From assembly GCA_951406725.2 (NCBI GenBank), contig OX597818.1:13144001-13208000 (forward strand): a stretch of 64,000 nucleotides of DNA, read 5' to 3'. The notes beneath the pieces were generated by a model. That model was not told where the DNA came from, did no database searches, and worked only from the letters and a program-made list of their open reading frames with translations. The stretch is from Octopus vulgaris. Lineage: Eukaryota. The translations under genes were made by a program, and so were the position numbers. Shown here piece after piece: positions 1 through 12,287 of the stretch. Positions within the stretch are counted from its first letter, which is position 1. Every line of letters begins with the position of its first letter.

Positions 1-639
1 TTGGTGTTTTCAAATCAGTTTTTATATAGTGCGAGGATTGTCACTTATATACTCGTCCGATATCGAGAGGCGAGCTTACTTACAAAATATACGAAAATAT
101 ACGCTATATATGCGTGTGCGAGCGCGCACCCGTGTGCGAATATGTGTGCGTGCGTGTGTATAGGGGGATGGTGCTGCCATTGTTGGATGTTCTTTGCACA
201 TGACACATTTAGAGCAAAATGTATATGTGTTTGATGTCATTGACATTTACGGTATGATCCTGTTTCGTTAACTCCATTCCGAACATCGCATTAGAATAGA
301 ACTAATATTAAATGTAAATAATTTATATTAAGATTTGTACCAGTTTCATTAGAAATAAAACACAACACCGCTAATATCCATACCCATCAATTCCGAGTTA
401 GCTTTAAAGAATTTACTACCATCAGTAATGCTTAAGGGAAAAATCTGTGAGATAAGTGGATAAAAAACTATGAATATTTTATGAACAGAATAACAGGAAT
501 GAGATTACGAAAACACACTTGACATACGCATACATAGCAAGATGTATGCTATTTTTATCGATGTGTGCGGACAGTTACCTTTTAAAATCTATAAGATTTA
601 CTGTTTTTGTGGTTTATGAAAAGCATTATGGTTGGTATT

Positions 640-1360
640 CATTGCAAAATAATTAGATGTCTTTTTATCACCTTCGCTGGAATGGATGTCAGATTTATAA
701 TAGTCATTTTCTTCGTTTTTAATGTTTTTAATAATGGTTCTTGGAAAATGAGCATAAGAATAAAGGCTAGATATCAATAGGTCTGAGGTGAAACCAGCCC
801 AAGTTTTGAGTTGTTAGCAAAAACTAAACATTGTTTTACGATAACTTTAGCCAAGCAATTTGATATTAGGGAGTAGTTACTAGGAACAAGGTTTTAGTGC
901 TTTTAGTGTTTTAATTTTATTGGCTAATATTCTCATATGTATTAAGTTTGCCGGTATTATATGAAAAGTTACGCTTTAAATTTGTAGCCAGTTGAATACA
1001 AATATTATGTGGAAATTTATGGCTTAAGAGGATATGTATTTTAAGAAAGTCCGTAATGTTTGAAAATTAAGACAAGTTCACGTTTCATATTCCAAGTTTA
1101 TATATGTTGATATGTAAGAAATTTTGTGAACTATGCTCCTAAGAGCCCATATAGTTCGATTTGTTTTTGCTCCGCTTCTGTTCTGTTTTTGTTTTTCCAA
1201 CGGATTTCCTATTTTCTTCCTGAAGAGAAAGACAAAATATGGTCCCATTATTCAATCGGATTTTGGTAATTTGTGCCTTTCGAAACACGTGTAGAATGAA
1301 ATAAAACGATTTCTGTTCAATCTGCGTTCAGCTCCATTTCTTCAATTCACCAATAATGTT
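640..1360 (+). mobile_element. Penelope-like element 3' end / pseudo-LTR remnant
   Basis: Contains a type I hammerhead motif (1211-1302), then AATAAA, and terminates at (TA)n; left boundary uncertain. Confidence 0.5.
1211..1302 (+). ncRNA. Type I hammerhead ribozyme (PLE-type, palindromic stem III)
   Basis: TTC-CTGAAGA(1220-1226)-GAAAG...CTTTC-GAAAC-ACGT-GTA(1291-1293)-GAA; canonical core, stem I TTC/GAA, stem II GAAAG/CTTTC. Confidence 0.65.
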
Positions 1361-1574
1361 ATATATATATATATATTCTTCGGTCTTTTATTCTTTTGTT
1401 TTAGTCATTTCACTGCGGACATGTTGGAGCACCACCTTTAGTCGAACAAATCGACCCCAGGACTTATTCTTTGTACGCCTGGTACTTATTTTATCGGTCT
1501 TGCCGAAATGCTAAGTAACTCGGACATAAGCACGCCGTCATCTGTTGTTAACTAACTGACACACAAAGCTTTGC

Positions 1575-1983
<409 letters not shown>

Positions 1984-2419
1984 ATATATACGACGGCCTT
2001 CTTTCAGTTTACGTCTACCAAATTTACTCACAATGCTTTAGTCCAAGGCTATAGTAGAAGGCACTTGCCCAAGGTGCAACGCAGTGGGACTGAACCCGGA
2101 ACCATGTGGTTGGTAACCAAGCTAATTACCATACAACCACTCACGAACAATGAACTCATTTCAAATTACATCTGAGATCTTACCTACTTATCCTAGGCAA
2201 AATATAACCCTGGTCATCAACAACGAACATGAGAGTCTAATTTCTTCTCACTAGCAAACCTCATCGCATTGTTCTTAGATAAATAACTAGAATTCTTTAC
2301 TCAAATATTTCTCGCAAAACATATTTCCGTTACGCCATATAACCCAGTTACATCAGTCTCAAATTTGTACCATATAGATAGATTAAAAAAAAAAAAAAAT
2401 CTCCAAATATTTCCTAGTC

Positions 2420-2880
2420 ATGGACGTGAAAGTATAGAGAGAAGATTGCTTCCCGACCACAAGGTTTCACGTTGAATACCACTACGTGGAATTTCTATAA
2501 ATGTCTCGGAATGAGCACAAATTTGAGAGTGGATGAGGTAGACGGAAACTGAAAGAAGCCCATCGCATGTATTTCTAAGTATCTTATATCTGTCTGTCTG
2601 TCTCTCTCCGTATGTAAATGTGTGTGTGTGTGTGTGTGAGTGTGTGTGTGTATGCGTGTGTATGTGTGTGTGTAATTGAGTCTGCTTCTTTGCCCCGCTA
2701 CAGCTTGACAACCGGAGTTAGTGTGCTAACGCCGCAGCAACCGACCGGTTCGGCAAAAAGAGAACGATGGAACAAATGCTAGTCTTAAAATATAAGTAGT
2801 GGGTTTTATTTGTTCAACTAAAATTCATCAAGACGGTGCTCCCCCACGGCCGAAGTCTAATGACTGAAAGAAGTTAAAAC
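2420..2880 (+). mobile_element. CORE-type SINE, diverged, with internal (TG)n
   Basis: gtagacggaaactgaaagaagccc and gcttgacaacc...ggttcggcaaaa...aatgactgaaa blocks shared with other copies. Confidence 0.75.
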
Positions 2881-3689
2881 ACCAAAATGATATAGATCTC
2901 ACGTGCGAATAATGTGCGTAAAACTCCAAGTAGTTGAACAGGATTCCTAATTACAGACACATGATTATGTGTGCGTGTTCTGTGTACATATCTGTGCGTT
3001 AATATATATATGAGGATATATAAATACATAGATGTTTTTGAATATGCACAAACACAAATACTTACGCATAAATATATTCCTACATACTTAATAAATATAT
3101 GACGCTATTGAATATACGTGTTTTGTGTATACAGTATTTTTTATTTCATTGTCATTTGAGAATCAAATAATAGTCTTAATAAGTAGGATGTTGTCACATA
3201 GATACGTGTATGGAATAAACAAATGCATATTGTGTGTGCGTATATGAGAATATATTTGTTATTGTTTGAGCTTTAGAAAGGCATGCCCTAGCACACCTCC
3301 CATATATTTGTGTAGTAGACACTAATTTACATTTTTATTTAACAAAAAAATGTGGTGTCAGTTATATTCTGCATCTAATTGTCACAACAATAGCAAGCTC
3401 AATCACAATAATTGACGTATTCAAATATACTCATAGTTAACATGATCGCCGTCGGTATCATCATTACCGATATCCTCTTTGTTACTTTCATTGTTGCTTA
3501 GTTATAAATGAACACTGTTTCATTAGATTTATTATCAATGGCTTTCCAGCCGTAAGCACCCAAAATGTAATTTTCAGCCTACAGACGCACACTTATAGTA
3601 GCTCTATTTATACAGGTTATTCCTCTACATTCGCCACTTTGTACAAATTTATTAAAGTGCAGGTGATCAATATCTCATTATTCTCATCT

Positions 3690-5520
3690 TACTTCCCATG
3701 AAGAAATCGAAAACGTCGATGACGGCCTATGAAAAAAGAAAAGAGCCTTTCAACCCTTTCATTCGCGCCAAAAGGAAAACCTTTTCGCTATAGCCAACAA
3801 AGAGAAGAAAATACCTGCTATTCCTACACAAAGGAAGCTGACTGGTGATCTTCACTTAGCTGATGGCCGGATTCACCCTTCACATATCAGCAGGTATTCG
3901 ACATTACATTTCAATTCAGCAATGTTAGGGCACGGTTAAGGTGTGTTTAGTTGAGTTTTCTCGCTCTGTAAGTATCTAGGACAGGCGTGGTTAACTGATC
4001 AGGGCTAGAAGCCTCGTGTTCGACACTTTGACGGTGACACTTTGACGGTGTCTGCATAATCTGATATGGTTCTCTCACATCCTATCTCGCACAGGACGTC
4101 TCTCAACGGCTCCAATTTGCGCAGTGGTTGCTCCAGAGAGAGTACATACAGAAAGAACGAGAGGAGATATCCTGGGCAGACCAAGGGCATCATGCTGAAT
4201 GGTTTCTATAAGTAACCATTCACACGAACTACCAAGCTGATGTCCCTAGACGTTGCGGCAGTCTAACTACATAAAGTGACTATAACTGGTCGTCTGGGAA
4301 CGATCACCATGTATTGGTTGTCGACCACATTGACGGCTTTTGATTCATCGAAAATGGATTTCATCCATGTCAACTTCTTTACCTGCCCTATTTATGGTAT
4401 GTAGTATATGGAATGTGGTGGAGATTCTGGCGCGATTTGATCGGGTGACGATAGTTTGTGCTTCACTAGGCAGTTCCTCAACGACCAGATCCAACCTCTT
4501 TGTTTACACCTTGGCTAAAATTTTGAAATATCTGTGCAGCATCATATGTCTAAAAATTTCTATGTGCTCCCTCTTGTTTGAGTCCTTACTTAGCGAAGCC
4601 ACTGCTCTTCGACTCAATTAAGCAGGAATTATGCCGTTCGATGTGTTGTGCGTTTTAGTAGATATCTGTTAAAAAGTCGCCACACAAGTCTGACATATAA
4701 AGGAAAAGCTCGTAGGGAAGGTCATCCAAATCAGGCGATGTGACCACCCCAACTCCGGAAGTCGAGTAAGTACTCATGTGAGGACTGCCATTCGTCTCAA
4801 AGAGATGGCGGACATGCTGCTGAAATGCCGACCACATCTGCCCGGGCTCGAGAACCATGCACTAATTTTAGTCCACCAAATACTATATTATGGTTTGTTG
4901 CCAAGTTACGCCTCTGCAAAGTTTCTAACTAAATTTCCCTTTATTCAATTTCCTTCTATCAGTAATTCCTTACTAAACCTAATCGATGTACAATAATTGC
5001 TTATTCAGCGCAAATCACTACATAGTGTTCACGATTGATTCCGTCAACACCTGCTTAACTAATGTGTTAATTCGGTAAGTCAGGCACGCTGCGGTCCCTG
5101 TCTACGAATGCTCTCTTGACCGATTGTGCAGATCACAAATTTGTTGTCAGTGCAGCCGACGATTTTTAAAAAATAAACAACGTATGCTATACTTCTCTAC
5201 TGGTCTATATGTACAATGTCTAGGTACAACATAGTTAGCCGATGCTGTTCATCTCTCATATCCACACAGGCAAAATCAGGAAATCCAATCTGTACTTGTC
5301 AGGAGTGGAAAAGGTCTGAGCACATTTTCAATGCTTTTTCAATCTCCTCGTCCAGCAGCTAACCTCACGATCTAAACGTCCATCTATGATGGCGTCTAAT
5401 CACCCGTTATCACTACAGGTCGAGATCAACCCAGGAAACCGCCAGACGTCTCAAGAAATCCAGATATCCTGCCCCTGTTGAAGCATAAAGAGCCACCAGT
5501 TAGAAAGAAGCACAGTCTTG
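3690..5520 (-). mobile_element. L1/Tx1-clade LINE ORF2 relic (APE endonuclease + RT + C-terminus, deleted and frameshifted)
   Basis: Minus translation: LVALYASTGAG..DFLRRL and DKYRLD..VW (APE, ~5100-5520); SPDLDDLPYELF, FKILAKV*TKRL, VVRVNG..KPFS, LYVLSLEQPLRKL, SDYADT (RT, ~4030-4860). Confidence 0.8.
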
Positions 5521-5607
5521 TTGATAGTTGCATGTAAATATTTTCCTTTGGGATATTTTGCTTTCAGTTTGTTGTTTGGTTCTTTTGTAAATTTTATGTG
5601 AATATTA

Positions 5608-5776
5608 TAGGTGCAGGAGTGGCTGTTTGATAATTAGCTTGCTTTCCAAGCGCATGGTTCTTGATTCTGTCTCACTGCGCGGCACCTTGGGCAAGTGCCT
5701 TCTACTTTAGCCACGGGCCGACCAAAGCCTTCTGAGTGGATTTGGTTGACGGAAACTGAAAGAAGCCCGTCGTGTA
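5608..5776 (+). mobile_element. CORE-type SINE 5' half
   Basis: aggtgcaggagtggctg head, ggcaccttgggcaagtg CORE-like block. Confidence 0.85.
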
Positions 5777-5814
5777 TATATATATATATATATAAATATT
5801 TAATCTTGTAACGT

Positions 5815-5981
5815 TTTCTTTTTTCTATTCACGACGCTACATTCTGGTGGTTATCTCTCAACTGTTTACTTCGATAGACGAGTTTTTATAGTCGCAGAAA
5901 TTTTTGGCAAGGGAGAGGTATGTCTGCTCAGTCATGCATTTCAAAGCGAAGAGTTTAGTTGACTGGTGTGGTTGAGGCCTT
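5815..5981 (-). repeat. Second copy of the 3' end of the ORF1-only element (matches 6378-6540)
   Basis: ~165 bp direct repeat, ttttctattcacga...ggttgaggcctt, with scattered substitutions. Confidence 0.9.
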
Positions 5982-6264
5982 ATTATATTATAGTTAACTT
6001 CTTTTATACTTTTGGTTAGTTTAATAAAAAAAAATTAAAAGTTTAAAAATTAAAAAAATTAAAGATATAAAATTTAAAATATAAATTTAAAAATTTAAAA
6101 TTTTAATAATTAAAATTTTTAATTTTATACTTTATATATATATTGTATGTTATATTAATCATATTTATGATTCGTTTTTTATGTCTTGGTTTATGTCTAT
6201 CACTGAGTTGCCTAATAGTGGTTTTATCTCTAATTTAATTTTTATATATATTTATGTATGTATG

Positions 6265-6298
<34 letters not shown>

Positions 6299-6324
6299 TG
6301 TATGTATATATGTATGTATGTATG

Positions 6325-6360
<36 letters not shown>

Positions 6361-6377
6361 CATACATACATACATAT

Positions 6378-7935
6378 TTTTTTCTATTCACGAAGCTATA
6401 TTCAGGTGGTTTTCTATCAACTGTTTACTTCGCTAGACGAGTTTTTATAGTCGCAGAAATTTTTGGCAAGGGAGAAGTATGTCTGTACAGTTATGCATTT
6501 CTAAGCGAAGGGTTTAGTTGACTGGTGTGGTTGAGGCCTTTTTCGGTTGCGATGCTGCATTCGACGCTTTCGTTTTTCTCGTGTCTGGTAACTTTGTCTG
6601 CTGCTGATGTATAGATTTCCTCTGCTGTTCCTCCTGTCAATACTTTTGCTGTGTTGGATGTTGCTGCTCTTGGCATTGGTCCTGTTGGTGTTTTTGTTGG
6701 TGCTACTTCTGTTTCTTTTGATCATTATATTGGTATTGGGTTAGAGGTGTCTGCAGTAGCGACGGTTTCCTTTTCTTTGAATGGAGCAGAAAGCCTTAAC
6801 GTGGTTTGTTTTGCCACAAAAGTGGCACCTTGGTTTTCTGCTCTCAACTGCTACAATAGCTGTGTAACATAGGGGAGTTTGATCAGATCAAGAATAACTT
6901 CGATACCTACCTAAACGGACTGCATCAATAATTCCATTCGCGGGCCTGACCAGTATTCCTTCCCCAATTTGTGCATTTGGAGAACTGTTGTTTTATTCTC
7001 TATGCCATAGAATACAGCTGGCACCAGAAAATGGATGTCGACTTCTGGTGATACAACTACTACCATTACTTTTAGAACCCTCCCACGGAAGTATATCCGA
7101 CTTAGCTACAATTCCTCAATTTTGAGGTTCGTTGTTGCAATATCTTTGGCTTTTTCTTAACTCAACACATATTTTCCTCGACATAAATTTTGTTTTTTCT
7201 TCCATTGTTCGTTAAGTACACATTGGCATCAACTTCCACCGGTGCACGAACGGCTCATACGAAACCGTTTCCATTTTGTTTAGAAATAGGAGCAGCTGCT
7301 GTTTTCACTGTTTATTATTTGTTGGTGGTGGCGCTGGTAATGGTGGATTTGTTGTTACCACTGATGGAGTTAGACAAGGCGGTGGTGTTCATAACAGTGT
7401 TATTGCATTTTGTAGTCGGCAATCTCTCTTGTTTTTCCTGTGAATATGATGGTGGTGTTGACATTTTTAGCAACAGCAAATTAGCTTCATACATTCCCCG
7501 TGCTGTGTTATTTCTGTTGTTGCCGTTGGTTTTATTGTTTCAGATGCTGCTGACACTGATTAGTAATATTTCGCTGTTCTCGTTCTTCTTTGCAACGGAC
7601 GAATAGTTCTGGTTCGCCATCGTCTTTAAACAAAAATTAAGAGGCGGGTTTGCTAATGAAACACCGATTTAGCACCAAAAGGCCACAAATGAAAAAAAAA
7701 AATAACCAGCTACCTAAGGTCCTGGTTTAACTATAAATTGATAACAAATGCTCAATATATAAGTTTGTATAACAATACAAATACCAAAACGCTTACGAGA
7801 ACAGTATAATGGATGGGTCGATAGACGAACAAATACTATTAATGATGATATGACGACAATAAATAGAACAGCACTAAAAATAACACTACGATATAGTATT
7901 TATAATTGAGAATTATGAACTGCAACAGCAATGGC
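6378..7935 (-). mobile_element. Non-LTR ORF1/gag-like element with CCHC zinc knuckle and no ORF2 (HAL1-like), decayed
   Basis: ATG at 7620 (MANQNYSSVAKK); RKPR-CHFCGKTNHVKAFC (6786-6827) = CX2CX4HX4C; A-rich end at ~6378. Confidence 0.7.
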
Positions 7936-7974
7936 GGGGAGAAATGAAAAGACATAATTATGCGTAATAAATTT

Positions 7975-8721
7975 TTTCTTATATTGGCAAAAGCAAAATG
8001 ATGAGAAAGTGAGGTTTAATTTAATTTATAATAGAACTCGACTTCTTGATTCATTGCTCCTATTAGGAAAATCCCGTTAGGGAGATTCAAATACGTAATA
8101 TTTAGCTATGTAATAAAAAACCACGAGCAGTTGTTAGTCGTACTTGTTTGCTTAAAGCCTGGCACGTATTGTATGGGGATGTTAGCAGAACCACTATGAT
8201 GTGAAGACGTAAACCACCCAAACCCGGTTGTTAAATGGAGGTAAAAAAATACTAACACAAAATCCCAGGCACGCACATACATACACACGCGCACACACGC
8301 ACAAACACATACACAGACGCGGGCGTGTTGGTGTGGTAAGAAACTAGGTTTCAAACCGTACGGTTCCGGTTTCAGTTCCCACTGCGCGGTACCCTGGGCA
8401 AGTGTTTTCTACTAAACTGACGAGCCGAGCAAAGTCTTATACGAATCCCGTTGGATATATATATATATATATTTCTCATATTGGCAAAAGCAAAATGATG
8501 AGAAAGTGAGGTTTAATTTAATTTCTAATAGAACTCAACTTCTTGATTCATTGCTCTCATTAGGAAAATCACGTTAGGGAGATTTAAATACGTAATATTT
8601 AGCTATGTAATAAAACACCACGAGCAGTTGTTGGTCGTACTTGTTTGCTTAAAGCCTGGCGCGTATTGTATTGGGATGTTAGCAGAACCACTAAGATGTG
8701 AAGACGTAAACCACCCAAACC
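7975..8721. repeat. ~250-bp direct repeat (7975-8225 and 8472-8721) flanking a SINE head
   Basis: atattggcaaaagcaaaatgatgag...gtaaaccacccaaacc occurs twice with few mismatches. Confidence 0.92.
8320..8455 (+). mobile_element. CORE-type SINE head fragment
   Basis: gtgtggtaagaaact...ggttccggtttcagttcccactgcg...ctgggcaagtg. Confidence 0.7.
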
Positions 8722-8860
8722 ACTCTCCTCTATTGTACCTCTCGATCTTATTCTTGAGTGCTGCGCTTATGACGCCGAGGACTTGATTATGCCGCCATGC
8801 ATATCTTTTTAGTGCTAGTCTGCAATTTGACAGAACATGTCTAACCGTCGCTTTCTTTCT
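8722..8860 (-). mobile_element. RLE-type LINE fragment (HERO/NeSL-like zinc-knuckle region)
   Basis: Minus translation KKATVRHVLSNCRLALKRYAWRHNQVLGVI matches the H-x3-C...RYxWRHNQVL motif upstream of RLE domains. Confidence 0.7.
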
Positions 8861-8861
8861 T

Positions 8862-9072
8862 TACTACTCACAAGTGGCTAAACACAGAGATGACAAACGG
8901 ATTAAGTCGATTATATTGACCCCAGTGCGTAACTGGTACTTATTTAATCGACCCCGAAAGGATGAAAGGCAAAGTCGACCCCGGCGGAATTTGAACTCAG
9001 AACGTAGCGGCAGACGAAATACCGCTAAAAATTTCACTCGGCGTGCTAACGTTTCTGCCAGCTCACCGCCTT
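8862..9072 (-). mobile_element. tRNA-derived Meta-type SINE (octopus OK-like)
   Basis: Sense ggcggtgagctggcagaaacgttagc (A box), gagttcaaattcc (B box), gcctttcatcctttcggggtcgat central domain. Confidence 0.85.
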
Positions 9073-9643
9073 GTGATAGTGCTATACTGTAAAGGGAAAT
9101 ATTACAGGAAGACGATAAGGAAGAACGACGAAGAAATATAAAAAGTAAAAACAATACCACACGAAAACGATAGGAGAGGCGGGGGAGGAGGAATAGCAGC
9201 AGGCGGAGCAGGAGGAGGAGAAGGAGAAGAAGGAGGAGAATCAAAATAAGATGGAGAAATGGGAGCATGAAAAGAAGATAATGCCTATGCTGTTGCTGAT
9301 GATGATGATAATGCTGGTGGTGTTGGTGGAGGTGTTGAACATTTTAAATACTTTATTTTTATTGGTCAATTGAGGAGAAAATTACAACAGAGTAAACCCC
9401 CTAACTTATCCAAATTGTACTACAGCAAATGATTGCCTCCTTAGGGAAAATTTATGAAATATATTGAATATTTTATAGGATAATTCTGGTATATTTCAGC
9501 TCATAACATATCGTATCATACTCACACGCAGACATGTACATTTACACATGTATATACATATTCGTAAATATGTATATATGAGAGAGAGAGAGAGAAACAC
9601 ACAGACACACACACACAGACACACAGATATCCACACACACATA

Positions 9644-10155
9644 CAGGGTGCGATGAATAAACTGTCGTTTAAATTACGCAAAAATGAAGATAACACATTT
9701 AATTTTAACGGATATATTTACCAAAATTATATAAAAAAAAAACATTTTGAAATAGTAAAGAGTCAATTTATTCAAAAAATTGCCATTCTCTTTCAGCACG
9801 ACCTCTAGGCTACGTCGGAATATCCTGCAGCTCTTCTGGAAGTTCTTGTTTAAGTTGGTGAAGGCTGCCATAAACCTTGCCTTCGGTTCATCTTTGGTAT
9901 TACAAGGAGTTTTATTGGCCTCTAGCTCAACTGCGCCTCACACATAAAAATCAAGGGGATAGCAGTGTGGGAAGTTGGGTAGCTAAATGTAGGAAGGGTT
10001 AGTGCTGCCCTGGATGACGAGGGTGTCTGATGGAATACCCTATATCAGGCAACATGACTCTGCACCATGCCACATACGCAGGGGAGATCAGTCATGGCTG
10101 TCAGAAAATTTCTCCAATCACATAACATAGACAACAATTTATTCATTGCATTATG
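9644..10155 (-). mobile_element. Tc1/mariner DD37D (maT) internally deleted element with internal inversion
   Basis: TA|CAGGGTGCGATGAATAAACTGTCG ... matching inverted end with TA at 10156-10157; transposase QHDSAPCH (+ strand) and PNFPHCYPLDFYV...ENGNF (- strand). Confidence 0.85.
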
Positions 10156-10200
10156 TATGTATGTTTGTGCATATATATATGTATGTATATATATATATAT

Positions 10201-10268
10201 AACGGGAAGCTTTATGAAAATAAACAAAAGACGAAGGCAGGTGGAATACAAACAAACAATTGTATTTA
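10201..10268 (-). mobile_element. Short Neptune-type PLE terminus embedded in (TA)n
   Basis: aaaagacgaaggcaggtggaatacaaacaaaca matches termini at 30650-30715, 44683-44740 and 56702-56770. Confidence 0.6.
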
Positions 10269-11003
10269 TATATATATATACACACAAACATATAAATATA
10301 TAAATACATACATACACATATTTATGTGTGTATGCGCGTGTGTGTGTTTGTGTAAACGTCCATGCACTTATGTAAGTCTTTCTGTATGTATGTTCCCGCG
10401 CACCAGTGTCTATGTAACGTGTAATAAATTATACATTATAAAAAGTTTACATCATTCCAATCATTACTACGGTGTTGTTTTGTGACTAATGAGAGTTTCG
10501 TTACACATGTAATTCTTAAGAATAAATAAATCACTTTTAAAGGAATATATAATATCAAAGATATTGTGCCTCACCACTTTCGTTACAAGCAGCTGATATT
10601 TAGAATATACAACTTAGAAATATGAAATAGCAAATGGAGGTTTCAAATACCATTGTTTCAAACCCGTTTGCCTTTCTTCTAAACCAGTGGATTTGAGACG
10701 TATGGTTTATTAATGATTCCAACTCTTAAAAGGGGAGTTATCATCAAAATTTAAAAAATAACTTTTCCTTATGAATATAAATATACCTAGTCATCCATTT
10801 TGCATCATCTGCTGGTGCATTATGGACACTGAAGTAGCCCAAGGATTTTTCAGGATTTAGAACCAGAGTTTATAAAAACGAATAAAATATAGATATGTTG
10901 AATTCTAAGTTAATGTTACACATAGATCGATAAACAATAAACAACGAAATTTCTTCCTTGATAAAATAACAATAAATTTTGTAGACCAGACTTTTATATT
11001 ATA

Positions 11004-11389
11004 CTAGCAGTATCGCCCGGCGTTGCTCAGGTTTGTAAGGGAAATAACTATAAAGCATTTTTAGAGAGTTATAGCCAAAAAATAGCAAAAAAATGGAAAA
11101 AAAATTATGGTAAATTTTTTTTTGAGTGTTAAAAAAGGTGGAGTTGCGTCCCCTAGACAGTTTGTGGTTTGTGTTTCTGATTCTCGACCCCATGTCGAAT
11201 TTATCGATTTTTTTCAGAACTGGGGGAACTTTTCAAAATTTTCGCTGCGTTAGTTTTGAATTATGACATTGGGCTATGTGTGTGTCAAGTTTCATCAGAA
11301 TCGGTTGAAAGCCGTTGTCAGGGTGAGGGTACAACCTGACAGACACACAGAAACACGCACAGACAAACTGCCGTTTATATAGAGAGAGA
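11004..11389 (-). mobile_element. Non-autonomous Helitron (Lep1-like architecture)
   Basis: Sense begins A|TC at 11389 and ends CTAG|T at 11004; GC-rich subterminal hairpin cctgagcaacgccggg; aagtttcatcagaatcggttg motif and gaca-type repeats; no TSD. Confidence 0.85.
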
Positions 11390-11939
11390 TACGCTGACAA
11401 AAACTCGAAAATTATCAATGGGAAATTTATTAAAGGTGAACAACATAAGAACAGAGATATATTAGCCATGGAGAAAAAAAAACTACAATAGTATACTAAA
11501 TTTAACAGTTAAAATATCAAATTAGTATTCGATAAACACGATAATATAGTTTATATTTTCATTTTCAGGAAGCACGCTGATGAATAAAAATGGCTATTAA
11601 AGTGCCGCTCTCAAAACTTCAATGAAGTTCATTCCGAGAACGTGTAGGAACATTAGTGGAAACAAAAATGATATTGTTTCAAACAGTTCACAAAGGATTA
11701 ATATGGACAAATGAAAGACAGAAATAAAGCTGATTAATGTCGGTCACATACACAGTCGTGCCTACAATATAATTTCAAAGAAAACCGAACGTGCGTATAT
11801 GTTAGGACGTCGTTGATATGGTGTGTGTGTGATTTGTGGGTTGGCAATGTAGGTATATTACATATTAACACAACTAAAACGAGGAAGATTAACAGTTATG
11901 GAAATGACCAACAAACATACATATACAATATAAGACAAG

Positions 11940-12116
11940 AAAATATTGGTTTGAAATTTGGCAGAAGGCCAGCAGTTTTTGAGTAGAGGGGAACGATTAC
12001 ATCGAGCCAAGTACTTGGGTGGTATTTATTTCATTGACCCTGAAAGGTTGAATGGCTCGGTGGAATATGAACTCTTAGTAACGTAAAGACGAACGAAATG
12101 ATGTTAATCGCCAGCT
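11940..12116 (-). mobile_element. Meta-type SINE, diverged
   Basis: attgaccctgaaaggttgaatggc and tatgaactc blocks; 5' end abuts (AAT)n. Confidence 0.7.
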
Positions 12117-12132
12117 TAATAATAATAATAAC

Positions 12133-12194
<62 letters not shown>

Positions 12195-12227
12195 TAATAA
12201 TAATAACAATAATAAAAATAAAAAATG

Positions 12228-12287
<60 letters not shown>
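12117..12287. repeat. (AAT)n microsatellite
   Basis: Directly visible. Confidence 0.97.

Noticed and set aside
7190-7606. 138-aa hydrophobic + strand ORF resembling a membrane protein
   Set aside because: Antisense of the Thr/Asn-rich ORF1 N-terminus on the minus strand
10786-10830. Possible 42-bp minus-strand exon (VHNAPADDAKWMT)
   Set aside because: Weak acceptor and donor, no recognisable homology
11569-11600. Strong acceptor ttttcattttcag followed by a short frame and AATAAA
   Set aside because: Such signals are common in AT-rich DNA and no upstream exon could be linked
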